Positions 23,417 to 35,055 of a stretch of 38,102 bases of DNA are shown in pieces (position 1 is the stretch's first letter; each line of letters starts with the position of its first letter). A program made the translations under genes and the position numbers. This DNA comes from Octopus bimaculoides (Eukaryota). Location of the stretch: positions 18,604,803-18,642,904 of the forward strand of contig NC_068995.1 of NCBI RefSeq assembly GCF_001194135.2, written 5' to 3'. Below the pieces are notes generated by a model. The model had not been told where the DNA came from, ran no database searches, and worked only from the letters and a program-made list of their open reading frames with translations.

Positions 23417-25690
23417 CAGTGGCATGCAATGAATTTTGTGTTTGGTAATGCAATGTGAACTTATTGTTTGAGTTGAATCATTTTTGAAATTGTTTATATA
23501 TGTGAAAGAAATTAGTTTTGTATCACGTTCATGTAGGTCACTGCTTTAATGCGTTTACACTTTGAAAAAAGCTGTATTATTTACGTGCCTTGTTTATAAA
23601 TTAATTTAGTTTTTTGATCTTTCGGATCAAAAATATTTATTACATTCTCATGGAAATTTTCTGTTTTAATTAGATGTTGGGGCAAATCTTAAGAGCCCTG
23701 AAAGTATTTTCTTTTCTGTTGTATTTCTTCAATATAGAAGAAGACCGCTCTACAGAAGCAGTTATAAACGGAATTGTCAAAATAAGATTACAGCGATTGA
23801 AGAGTTCTGGAATAACTTTAATCAGAACATTTATGTAAATGTCGTGCATTAAATTACTCAGATTTTGCCTTTTAAAATCTTGCATAGAATCCATAGAGTT
23901 TAGCTAGCTTTGTAATCGTATTATGTCAGAATAAAAAAAAAAACTGCTATAATTGGTTTTTAAAGAATTTAAAGAATCCACTGGAAATTTTTTGCGATAT
24001 TCGTCACATTCGTTGAAATTGAAAAGGTCCATGATTTGAAACTATTGTAAGTACGAGCATCGCTTTTTAATTCGTCCACTGTTGTGTTATCAATTTTCTT
24101 ATAGGGCATTCTGTAACGTAGTTGGAGGTCAATGGATCTAATCTCAGATGTTTTAATTTTCATTGCTGCATAAATTCTATAGTTTTCCAATAACGCAAAC
24201 TATTGAAAAGTCATTCGAGTGCTTCTGAGCACGTTTCTAGTTATATCTATTTGCTCTTTACAGTACATTGTCATGACTTGCAGACTAACGGATATTAAAT
24301 ACATCAGTTAGAGAAAATATGTCACTAAATACATCCAAGAAAAATAAGAAATCGGGAACTTTCAAATTATGTAAGAATCCAATTTCAGAATTTATTGTGG
24401 TCTCGTTCCATGCTTCGGGATTTTCAATGATGTTTTCAAAATACTGATTATGGCATTACAGTTTTCTTTTAGAAATCAATATGACGCATGGGGTAGTTAC
24501 ATCACGTTGTTTTAGCTTTGATAAATCAAGTTTTAGTTATATATTAGCTATGTATATTGGGTGATTTTGTAAAACATGTATCCAGTCAATTTATTGTAGA
24601 AGGAAAATATCTTGCATTCTTTTATAGCAGAGCATTCTTGCGAAAAAAATTAAATTTAGGAAATGAGCACAATAATGAACAAAGTTCGCACATTCATATT
24701 TCTCTCTTGCCTTTTACTGCAAACCATTTTATTGTCCTGCTATTGTAGCGGCACCATCATAGACTTGTGCAATCAATTTGCTTTCACATTTCCATGTTTC
24801 AGTACATTTCAAAACGTGTTCAGTTAAAGCAGTTGCTGAACGAACGATCTGCACTAACCTCATTAAAACCGATAAATCGTTCTTTGGCAACACAATATTT
24901 TGTAACATAACGCAGAACATTTGTGAATAGTTCGATAAATCTGACGTTTTATCAACAATAATAGCTACAAATTTAGCCTGCTTCAGTCAACTCTCTATTT
25001 CATTCTAACGTAACATTTTGAACTGGGTCGATCAAATCATTTTCAATTTTACTGGAGAGACCTGAGAAAAACGGAAGATAGATTGCCAATTTTTCGTCAT
25101 ATTTGTTAATTAAAAATATAATATTTCTCTATAATTTACGCGATTATTGGATTCTTTGGATTCAAAACGATCCTGAAATTATATATCCTGGCGACCGAGT
25201 AAGATAACCACATCAATCAAGCGCCGAAGAACGGACCTGTTCCATCTAACTTCATTATGCTGTCGTACGCTTTGATTTTTATACGCATCTAATTGTAAGT
25301 CTATACGAACACTCCTAAATGTTTTAAGATCTATCATAGATTTTATGTCTTCAAGAAAGTTATACTTCAGCAGGGTTATATGTATATTATTTAAACTATC
25401 ATAACCTTTATCACTTCACAAACATGGCCAAAAGAATAACTTATTTAGATTAACACTTCTAGTCAACCACTTTTACATCGAATTAGAAAAATCTGAAAGT
25501 TTCGAATGCATTTCTTGTTGGAACTTCGCAAATTAGGTAATTTCAGTATTGTTCTGCCATCATGTATGATTAATTTTTACCTTTCAAAGTCTCTTTTTCA
25601 AAACCTATTTTCGAAGTTCTTCTCTTCTATAATCCACATTTCAGCTATTTGGACTAATATTTCGAAAATTCACAAGATATTTTATAAATG
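23417..25690 (-). mobile_element. hAT-superfamily DNA transposon remnant (ZMYM1-like / hATC dimerisation-domain transposase), many stops and frameshifts
   Basis: Minus-strand frames in order: RSVLRRLIDVVILLGRQ..SKESNNRVNY, FSGLSSKIENDLIDPV, QAKFVAIIVDKTSD (first catalytic D), QVYDGAATIAGQ (ORF 24729..24920), LILTIPFITASVERSSSILK (hATC, ORF 23670..23894). Candidate terminus cagtggcatgca at 23417; no matching second terminus seen. Confidence 0.85.
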
Positions 25691-25944
25691 AAATACGCAG
25701 GTGTGCATGTATGTATGTGTGTCTGTGTGTATGTGTGAGTGTAAGTGTGTACATGTGTGCGTGTTGTTGCAGAAAATCAATTTGGATAAAACAGAAGATA
25801 ATCTCCTCAAATCAACGAAGCAGCGTTGGTACAGATACTCCATAAATACGTGGTACAGATATTCTATAAATCCAGCAATGTAACAATAAGCATTAAATAT
25901 CAAACAGAAAATAATTAATTTCCGTTGGCAGAAATTTTGAGCTA

Positions 25945-26370
25945 GGCGAGGGCGTGGTTATGCGTAAAAAAACAAAAATTGCTTTGCAACAACATGGCTC
26001 CGGTGTCAGTCCCATTGCTTGTAAATTTGAGCAAATTTACCCTTGTGGGTAAATTTGGTAGATGGAAACTACAAGTCCGTCATGTAGGTGTGTGTGTGTA
26101 TACTTGTGCGTGCGTGCGTGTGTGGTCGTGTCTGTGTGCGTGCGTGATTGTGTGCTTGTGTGTGTACGTGTATCTTTGCGTCTGTGTTTCTTTCCCACTG
26201 TCGCTTGACAACTGGTGTTGGTGTGCCTACGTCTCCAGAACAAAGGATTGATATAATAAATATCAGGGCTTAAAAATTAAAGCCTGTGGTCTATTCATTC
26301 GAATAAAAATTCCTTAAGATGGCACTCCAGCATGGTCGCAGTCTCATGACTGATGCAAGTAAAAGGTAGT
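25945..26370 (+). mobile_element. SINE family 2, near full-length
   Basis: Head ggcgtggttatgcg..atggctccggtgtcagtccca, then gtgggtaaatttggtagatggaaact, internal (TG)n, and 3' ggcactccagcatggtcgcagtc..atgactga; mirror of 12596-12990. Confidence 0.7.
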
Positions 26371-26564
26371 AGTTTGAATAACAGAAATGTTCTGACTGAG
26401 AAAGAATTTTGACAAGGCTTCTGCTTTTAGATTCAGTGCTTTTTGATTGAGGTCAAAAGGTCAAGTCCATTCAACCACCAGGTTCGTCTTTAGCGACATC
26501 AATTACAAATAACCGACACACTCAATTATTTTGACAACTTGTCGACGTATTTATTTTTGATAGT

Positions 26565-26700
26565 TGAGACCACTTGACCCAAGCGCAGCGGACCCTGCGG
26601 TCGAGGGATCGCGGGTTCGAATCTCCGACCGTGAATCTTATCTAGCATTCTTTCTATGAGCTGAAAGGGCCCGTACCCTCCCTTGCAGCCATTAATTTAA
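26565..26700 (+). mobile_element. tRNA-derived SINE head fragment, related to family 3
   Basis: gcagcggaccctgcggtcgagggatcgcgggttcgaatctc parallels gcagcggactcgtggtcataggatcgcggtctcgattccc at 29650-29689; intact B-box GGTTCGAATC. Confidence 0.55.
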
Positions 26701-26910
26701 TTTTTATTTTTGGGAATTTGGCTACCAACACTTGACTGATGAATACTAGGGAGTAGAGATGATACCAGGTAATAAATAGTATTTACCCTCGAACTAAATT
26801 ATTTATCATTCTGTAATTTGCACAATGTTGGGTTTCAAAATTTAAGCCATTTATATGTATATACATGTGTATATGAGTATACATACACATTCACACACAT
26901 ACACACTCAC

Positions 26911-27812
26911 ATTGGGTATAATCCGGTTTTTTATACTTCTTTTTGTTTTTCAAAATTATGATACAGTTCTATTTTGATCTAAAATATAATCTCCATCATT
27001 TTCTACAATGCTCTTCCATCTAAATGGTAGACGTGCAAGGCCCTTCTTCTAAAATTCACTTGACCGTGACGAAAAATGCTCCTCCACTACTGTTTCGGCC
27101 TCGTCTACATAACTCATTTTTTTTTTCTGGCCAAATGATTTCGAAGACTGCGGAATAAACGATAATCAGAGGGGGCAACGTCTGGTGAATTTGGTGGATG
27201 GGGCATGGTTTCCCATTCAAACAGCTCCAGCCTTTGGAATGTCATCCTCTCTGTATGTGGCCGAGCATTATTCTGATGGAAGAGCACCTTTCGTCTTGAA
27301 ACCAAAGATGGTCGTTTTCCAGTGGCACGCAGGTGTCAATGAATGTTTGAATGACCAAGTCCAAGCTTCTCTCCAAGTTCCTCAAGAGTTGCGATGAGAT
27401 TTTGTTCCACCAGGTTTTGCAGGACATCCTCGTCAAGCTCTACAGATCTTCCAAAACGAGGGTCTTCTTATAGGCTGTAGCATGCGGCTTGGAATTTCTG
27501 GAACCACCGATGACACCAGCTTACGCTTTCGTCCGCTGCATTAATATTCCTCGTACTTTCCATTGTGTTGTTGCCTTTATTGAACTTATAACCAAAATAT
27601 ACCGAATATGCTCCTTTGTCACTTCCATTATAGCTTTGAAATAGTACCTGTTAAAATCGAACAGCACTCTTCAAAACTTGCACTAAGAATAAGGTCTAGG
27701 TAAAATTACTACCTGCTTTTATAGCAAGTTGATACAGGTACTTTATATGTCCCCTTCCAACTTTTAGTTCATGGAATTGAAAAAAACTGCATTATTTATG
27801 GGATGACCCAAT
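26911..27812 (-). mobile_element. Internally deleted mariner element with imperfect TIRs
   Basis: Right end, reverse-complemented: attgggtcatcccataaataatgcagtttttt. Left end: attgggt[10-nt gap]ataatccggtttttt. Transposase from ATG ~27628: MEVTKEHIRYIL...HRWFQKF...EDPRFGRS..., then directly FHQNNARPH...HPPNSPDVAPSDYRLFRSL...WKSIVENDGDYI. The WVPHEL and first-D region is deleted. Confidence 0.9.
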
Positions 27813-27918
27813 ATATATACATATGTATATGTATATATAAATATACATAAATATTTATATATATGTATGCGTATACATATGTATATATATATATATATAT
27901 GTGTATATATGTAGGTAT

Positions 27919-27958
<40 letters not shown>

Positions 27959-28884
27959 NNNNNNNNNNNNNNNNNNNNNNNNNNNNNNNNNNNNNNNNNN
28001 NNNNNNNNNNNNNNNNNNNNNNNNNNNNNNNNNNNNNNNNNNNNNNNNNNNNNNNNNNNNNNNNNNNNNNNNNNNNNNNNNNNNNTATATATATGTGTGT
28101 GTGAAATTATAACACAACGGCAAAACGAAGACACTACCGCCTTGGCACTCCAACAGAGAACACATCTGAAAGTGTGCACAGCAAATTGTAAGTGCTGTTG
28201 CCTCTATTGCATCACACGTCTACTTTCATTAGTAAGGAGACAACAATTAATCCTTTGTCCCAGAAGTAAATGCTACCTGCAAACACATTCTGGTTGTCGG
28301 AAAGGTCACTCACTTGTAGTTACCTGAATTAATTATCAATGATGAATGAATTTCGCCCATTTGGATGAAATACATACTTTGATACAAAAGAAAACAAATA
28401 TAATGATGTAATATTTAAGGTATGTCTTTGTAAACAAGCCAACATATATCGAAGCAAAATAGTGGTGTTACAAGTAGCTAGTACATAGAGTCTAGTTTAG
28501 ATTAATAATGTCTAATATTTTCAATTCTGGCAAGGTTACAAAAGTAGTTAAAATATGTAAACGGATGGGAAATCGATGATCAAAGTACCCAATTACTCAA
28601 TACAGATCAAAGGAAACTACAATATCATTGCACGTTTGATAGGGATATACATTAGTATTATGTAATTGTACTATACGAGTTGTGGCAGAATAATAAAAAT
28701 TAATTAACTTAGGATGATTACAAAAATTTCTATGTACTACTTGAATGGTTATGTAGATCGCTTCTGATCCGAAAGTTATAAAAGATTATTTATATTTGAA
28801 GACATTTTTCTTGGCTGGTGTTGCTTGTAGAAATCTTGGTAAAAATAGCGTGACATAGAACATTATTTCCAGAATATTAAGTAC

Positions 28885-29275
28885 TGATTTCAAATTTTGT
28901 CACAATGCCAGCAGTTTTAGGGGAGTGGCTAATTTGATTACATCGAGCCCAATGTTCACCTGGTACTTAATATATCGATGCCGAAAGGATGAAAGGCTAA
29001 GTCAGACTCGGTGAAATTTTATCTAAGAACGTGAAAACGGACAAAATGACGCTAAACATTTCGCTCAGCGTACTAAAGATTATACCAGCTCGCCGCCATC
29101 AAAAATGAAATATTAACTTCTAAAAGTTGGCACAAGGCCAGCAATTTGGGGGGATTAGTTAAGTTGAATATATCGACACCAACAGGATAAAAGGCTAGCT
29201 TGACCTCAGCGAAATTTAAACTCAGAACCTAGAGACGGACGAAATGCTAACGATTCTAACAGCTTACCACCTTCA
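28885..29275 (-). mobile_element. Two tandem SINE family 1 copies (28885-29100, 29115-29275)
   Basis: Two successive reverse-complement copies, each with ggcacaa(t/g)gccagca...atcga...ggat(g/a)aaaggcta...tt(a/c)agaac...ccagctcgccgcc / cagcttaccacc. Confidence 0.8.
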
Positions 29276-29622
29276 GAATATGAAATACTAGACACTAATA
29301 TGAATTGTTTCATTTTTAGAAACATGTCGTATATTTTCTTATGAGCAAACTGCAAATACGTAGTAGACGGTTTCGGAACGCGTGTTCATTGAAACGTTTT
29401 AATGGATCAGGAGTGAAGAAAGTACTTTGGTTTTAGTTTCTTGTTTAACGATTTTTACACTGTTGTACAACTTTATGCAAATATTTCACTACAAAATTAG
29501 TTAATTGAAAATTTTCAAATTTTCAAAGGATTTCTATAGCTGTTTGATCAGACAGGATCCTCCAAATTTTTTTATAGGTGGATTCGATGATCGCTGTTGA
29601 ATAACATGTATGATATGAAGTG

Positions 29623-30011
29623 CGGAGGCGCAGTGGCCCAGTGGTTTGGGCAGCGGACTCGTGGTCATAGGATCGCGGTCTCGATTCCCAGACCGGGCGT
29701 TGTGAGTGTTTATTGAGCGAAAACACCTAAAGCTCCACGAGGCTCCGGCAGGGGATGGTGGCGAACCCTGCTGTACTCTTTCACCACAACTTTCTCTCAC
29801 TCTTACTTCCTGTTTCTGTTGTGCCTGTAATTGAAAGGGTCAGCCTTGTCACACTGTGTCACGTTGAATATCCCCGAGAACTACGTTAAGTGTACGCGTG
29901 TCTGTGAAGTGCTCAGCCAGTTGCACGTTAATTTCACGAGCATGCTGTTCTGTTCATCGGATCAACTGTAACCCTCGACGTCGTAAGCGACGGAGTGCCA
30001 AAAAACAACAA
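29623..30011 (+). mobile_element. Well-preserved tRNA-derived SINE (family 3) with an 11-bp target-site duplication
   Basis: A-box TGGCCCAGTGG (29634-29644), B-box-like GGTCTCGATTCCC (29677-29689), A/CAA-rich tail, and perfect flanking direct repeat gatatgaagtg at 29612-29622 and 30012-30022. Confidence 0.9.
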
Positions 30012-30164
30012 GATATGAAGTGTTGAACCGACAGTTTTCCGCCAATTTTCCATCCCTATGAGTCTATGTTGGTTAACACAGAGTGAAGATTAGAAACGTT
30101 CTATGCAAGTATCGACTCAAGATCGTATCAATTCAGTGCCGGTAGCTTAAGTGTGTAGCAATAT

Positions 30165-30275
30165 TTCCTTCTGATTTTGGCACAAGGCCAGTATTTTCTG
30201 GGCTGGGGGCTAGTTGGTTACATCGACTCCAGTGCTCAACTGGTACTTCGTTGTATCGACACTGAAATAATAATG
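30165..30275 (-). mobile_element. SINE family 1, 3' half
   Basis: ttttggcacaaggccag...acatcgactccagtgctcaactggtact...tatcgac matches 28890-28985. Confidence 0.6.
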
Positions 30276-30419
30276 CTTGGCAACATAAAGAAATGGGTGA
30301 ATGGAATTCCGTCGTCATTCACTGTTTCTTTGTGAATGTTTACATTTTACGCTGGAATTGGTCAGTGAAAATATTTATCACATAGTGTGTATGTGCGAGT
30401 ACAACTGTGATTATATGTG

Positions 30420-30461
<42 letters not shown>

Positions 30462-30991
30462 ACCTGCAGAAGCAAATAAACACAAACAGACACATATACA
30501 CACACACACATCCGCATGCACATATACATAATATGTGCATATTATATACGTATATATGCGTGTGTGTCTGTATGTGAATGTGCGTGTATGCATGCTTATA
30601 TGTATGCATGCAAACACACACACGCACACACACACATATATGATTGGATTCGATAGCACATATTCCAGCTACCGGATAACACGCACAAACTGTTGGTAAA
30701 AATTACCCTACTTCCTGCTTAACGGAGCCATAAGGGGAATCACAGTTTCCTATATCGAAATGCACATATGCGTAGACTAAGGTATCCTGTATTCTAGACG
30801 CCGTTGTCAGTTAAATTTGAACGAAAGGATTATATTGTTAGATATTCATAACATTATTAAATTCGACCATAGCAGAAGTGCATTGAATACATTTCGAAAC
30901 TAAATGTTAACTTGGTAAAATATTTAGAAGAATGGCGTTTGCTCACTTGCATTTTCCCGAAAGTGTACGTGCAAACACTTGAAGAGTTATG

Positions 30992-31068
30992 TGTTGCAAA
31001 CATTTTGTTCACTTTTACTTAAAACTGTTGCAAACATTTTGTTCACTTTTACTTAAAACTGTTGCAAA
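30992..31068. repeat. Perfect 34-bp tandem repeat, ~2.3 copies
   Basis: tgttgcaaacattttgttcacttttacttaaaac x2 plus tgttgcaaa. Confidence 0.95.
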
Positions 31069-31227
31069 ATAACTAGTGCATACACACATGAACTCGCGCA
31101 TGCTCGCAAAAAAGCTAATAAAACTATTCATATACTACATATAGACGACCCAGCATGACCACAGCTTTAGAGCTGAGACATAAAAAAAGAATTTATATTT
31201 ATATATGTATAAAAGATGGCGGTAGAA

Positions 31228-31260
<33 letters not shown>

Positions 31261-31262
31261 CT

Positions 31263-31305
<43 letters not shown>

Positions 31306-33059
31306 GTATATATATATATATGTGTATATATTTATGTATATATAAATCTATATATTGCGCTGTGAAGAATTTATTTTCATGCAGCTGATTATATACCTGT
31401 TTCAGACTTTATTGAAACAGTTTTATCATTCCTTATTTGATATATATTTTCAGCAATTTGTACGATAGTCGTTCTCTTTCTATACGAGTTGCACCATCAA
31501 GTTCTTTTTTATGACTTCATATCAGCGACTTAGACGTTGGATGCAATCTTTTCGAGTAAAAATCCTTATAAGAGTCATAAATACCGTGTTCTTTTTTTCA
31601 TTGTAAAAATAAATTGCAACTTTGATGAGAATATCTCATTTTTATGGACAACTTGTCTTCCTTATCTTTATGGATCTCTCATAATATATCTCCTTTTAGA
31701 TTTTCAACGAAAAATCTATTAACTTCAGTAGAAAAAATGTCATTGCTTTCTTTTTATCATATTATATATGATCAAAAACATCCTTCTTTATTTATTCTTT
31801 TACTTTATTTTATCTAATATCCTTAGCTAGTCCTACATCTTCGATGTCAGCAATGAAATATAAAAGAAACGTAACATACAAGAAGCAGATAATATAACAA
31901 AATTGAAATCTTACATTAAGTTGAATCTAACATTGTATTACGTAGCGTATTTACTTTTTTAATTTAATTCCATACAAATTTCCTATAACTGTTCTTTTAA
32001 AATTTACTTTAAATTTTAGATGCTCGTTCCGATGTGATTACATTATTTCCTTTTCAAATCTTTTTTCTTCGCTTTAATTGTTTGCCATGTCTTGTAAATG
32101 CGTTTCTATTCAACTTCATCCTGCATGAAGAATTTTCCCTCCAGCTTTAAAACATCATATTAATTAGAAAAGAATTCACTAAATTTACTCGTCTGAACGT
32201 TCGATTTTATTTGTTGATATATGCGCAAAAACCCAACCTATCTGACTTACTTATTTGTCAACTGCTAAACAAGAGATAAGCAATTGTATCTATTTAAAAC
32301 ATTCAAATGAAGAAAAAAGGGAAAGTAGCTATTGAAATTGGAAATAACTTTAGGCAATTCTCTTCCTATGTTTATTCAATACAAGTGAATTTGATAAATA
32401 TCGACATGTCTATATCTTCTGTTTAGAAGAGTTTATATATTTACACTACAGGAAAATAAATGGATCGTGTTCAGAAGTTAAATTGACCACATTCGTAAAG
32501 ATTCTATTTTCCAAACCTTCCTGTCTTCTTGTTTAAAACTTCCATCATTTTGCGCCATCTCACTCAACATGATGCGTTGAAGTACATATATTTGTTCCTT
32601 GTAATCAACCATCATGTCAAAAGAAAAACATAAACAAGAAAATCTTTCAGGGAGATGGTCATATTTTGCTCAATGGTACTAACAACAACGCCAATTATTT
32701 CTTATTTTACTGGTCAACTCAAGCTACAAGGCAAAAATGTATGCTTAATGGCTTGCCTCAGATCACAAGAGCTCAAACCTACATACATACATACATACAT
32801 ACATACATACAAAAATACATACATGCATGCATGCCTATACACACATACATACAATCATACAAGCATGCACACATACATACGAAGAAAGCTGGATCGCAGT
32901 TCACAGAGATATAGGTATAAATACATAAATACAATCATATGGATATATGCATATATATATATATATATATATATATANNNNNNNNNNNNNNNNNNNNNNN
33001 NNNNNNNNNNNNNNNNNNNNNNNNNNNNNNNNNNNNNNNNNNNNNNNNNNNNNNNNATA

Positions 33060-33560
33060 TATATATTCACACCATGAAGCAGCACCACTCCAGCCACAGG
33101 GCGTCAATTATTATTCCACAGAGACGCCACGTCCTTGGCGAGCCATATGTAGCGCCTCAAAGACGTAATTAAACCGAAGATTCTAGAAAAATCGGGCACT
33201 ACATCAACGGCAACAAGCGTTGAAATGTGTGCATGCCTGAACAGGTGGGAATATTAAGGAACTCCCTCGAACATCATAAATTCCAGGACGGAAGTTTTCG
33301 TACCGTGCTTACACTTCAGGAGATTCTTATTGAAGTCCTGGGACCCACAAACTGACTGAGTGGATACGGACAACGGTCTAAGGATAGCAATCTCTTGTGC
33401 TTAACCCTTCTCCTTTGTCCGTGTGTTCAACACCTAATCGCGAAGTTTGTTCTTCCACCATTATGGCTAGAAGTTATCGGCAACTAGTGTCTGAAGAGAC
33501 GCTGTAAAGTGAAACCCTAGGTAACCCTGTAGACCGGATGTAACTATCATCCACTTAGCA
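33060..33560 (+). mobile_element. Penelope-like element 3' end (GIY-YIG tail plus 3'UTR/pLTR), frameshifted
   Basis: Across frames: MKQHHSSHRASIIIPQR / DATSLASHM*RLKD..KILEKS / HYINGNKR*NVCMPEQVGIL / NIINSRTEVFVPCLHFRRFLLKSW, the same domain architecture as 7690-8090. The 5' side is lost in a TA tract and gap. Confidence 0.75.
33485..33529 (+). ncRNA. Minimal type I hammerhead ribozyme fold, slightly degenerate
   Basis: UAGUGU-CUGAAGA-G-AC-GCUGUAAA-GU-GAAA-CC-CUA-GG-UA^-ACCCUG: intact CUGANGA and GAAA cores, 3-bp stem III, GUA cleavage triplet (33521-33523), stem I 5/6 paired. Stem II lacks the C of the conserved G10.1-C11.1 pair. Confidence 0.7.
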
Positions 33561-33655
33561 CTCTACAAAGTGTGCTTCTCTTTCGGATTTATGATTTACT
33601 GACATACATAAACAGACACAAACACACATATATACACCTACCTCTCTCTCTCTCT

Positions 33656-33694
<39 letters not shown>

Positions 33695-34336
33695 NNNNNN
33701 NNNNNNNNNNNNNNNNNNNNNNNNNNNNNNNNNNNNNNNNNNNNNNNNNNNNNNNNNNNNNNNNNNNNNNNNNNNNNNNNNNNNNNNNNNNNNNNNNNNN
33801 NNNNNNNNNNNNNNNNNNNNNNNNNNNNNNNNNNNNNNNNNNNNNNNNNNNNNNNNNNNNNNNNNNNNNNNNNNNNNNNNNNNNNNNNNNNNNNNNNNNN
33901 NNNNNNNNNNNNNNNNNNNNNNNNNNNNNNNNNNNNNNNNNNNNNNNNNNNNNNNNNNNNNNNNNNNNNNNNNNNNNNNNNNNNNNNNNNNNNNNNNNNN
34001 NNNNNNNNNNNNNNNNNNNNNNNNNNNNNNNNNNNNNNNNNNNNNNNNNNNNNNNNNNNNNNNNNNNNNNNNNNNNNNNNNNNNNNNNNNNNNNNNNNNN
34101 NNNNNNNNNNNNNNNNNNNNNNNNNNNNNNNNNNNNNNNNNNNNNNNNNNNNNNNNNNNNNNNNNNNNNNNNNNNNNNNNNNNNNNNNNNNNNNNNNNNN
34201 NNNNNNNNNNNNNNNNNNNNNNNNNNNNNNNNNNNNNNNNNNNNNNNNNNNNNNNNNNNNNNNNNNNNNNNNNNNNATGAAGATCAAATAAATACTGCGT
34301 GTGGTTCATTGGATAAAATTTACCATCCGTATGTAT

Positions 34337-34402
<66 letters not shown>

Positions 34403-34814
34403 ATAGAAATATGTTATAAAAAGAAAATAGAAACTACACGTGGAAATATAAGTGGAAAGTAAGAAGAAAAATACGTCATTTGAATGCTGCATTATTAAGA
34501 AACAAAAATGTATATTTTTCTCTCCGCAGTGGCCTTATTTCTATAGATGTAAAGCTTACCCAATTGGCTTTCACATAGGTGCATATATATATATATATAT
34601 ATATATATGGGCGTATGCTGTTTTACACACATAAACCTGTATATACGGATGTCTACAAAGATGCGCTTTCATGTGTCGATGTTTATGAATAATGCCCAGA
34701 TTCATGCATACAAATTTACAGAGTTTTAGTTCCATGCAAGAACCTCTAATTGGTCGGAGGCTTTTCATATATGTCAATAAATATCATCTTGAAATAGCTT
34801 TCCTAATCTGTTAA

Positions 34815-35055
34815 AGAAATCTCTTACTACTCTATGCAAAAAGTATGAAATTTTGTGTGGAGGTGTCTAGTGGTTGATGTGAACCGCAATGCTCAAAAGG
34901 CACTTATTTCATCTCCCACGAAAGGATGGAAATAATGGCTTCTATGTATATGACCCTTATTCCAAGAAATCTAATCCGTGGAATTAGAAACCATGATGTT
35001 TATAGCTCAAACACATTTAAACTTATGTCTATCTTCTCAAGGTTATTCTGGCGGT
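34815..35055 (-). mobile_element. Degenerate SINE family 1-related copy
   Basis: gcaaaaagtatgaaatttt..tagtggttgatgtgaaccgcaatgctcaaaaggcacttatttcatc..gaaaggatggaa resembles the reverse complement of the family 1 3' half. Confidence 0.45.

Noticed and set aside
26736-26760. CTGATGA followed by a small tact/agta hairpin
   Set aside because: No GAAA after the hairpin and no stem I or III; chance match to the hammerhead core.
28157-28187. 31-nt candidate micro-exon between CAG and GTAAGT
   Set aside because: Good donor but poor polypyrimidine tract; the peptide is uninformative and such pairs occur by chance.
29623-29700. tRNA gene call (also 26565-26630)
   Set aside because: A/B boxes are present, but there is no proper acceptor stem; the sequence continues into a SINE body with TSDs.
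30992-31068. CRISPR-like 34-bp repeat
   Set aside because: The units are directly adjacent with no spacers, the context is eukaryotic and there are no cas genes.
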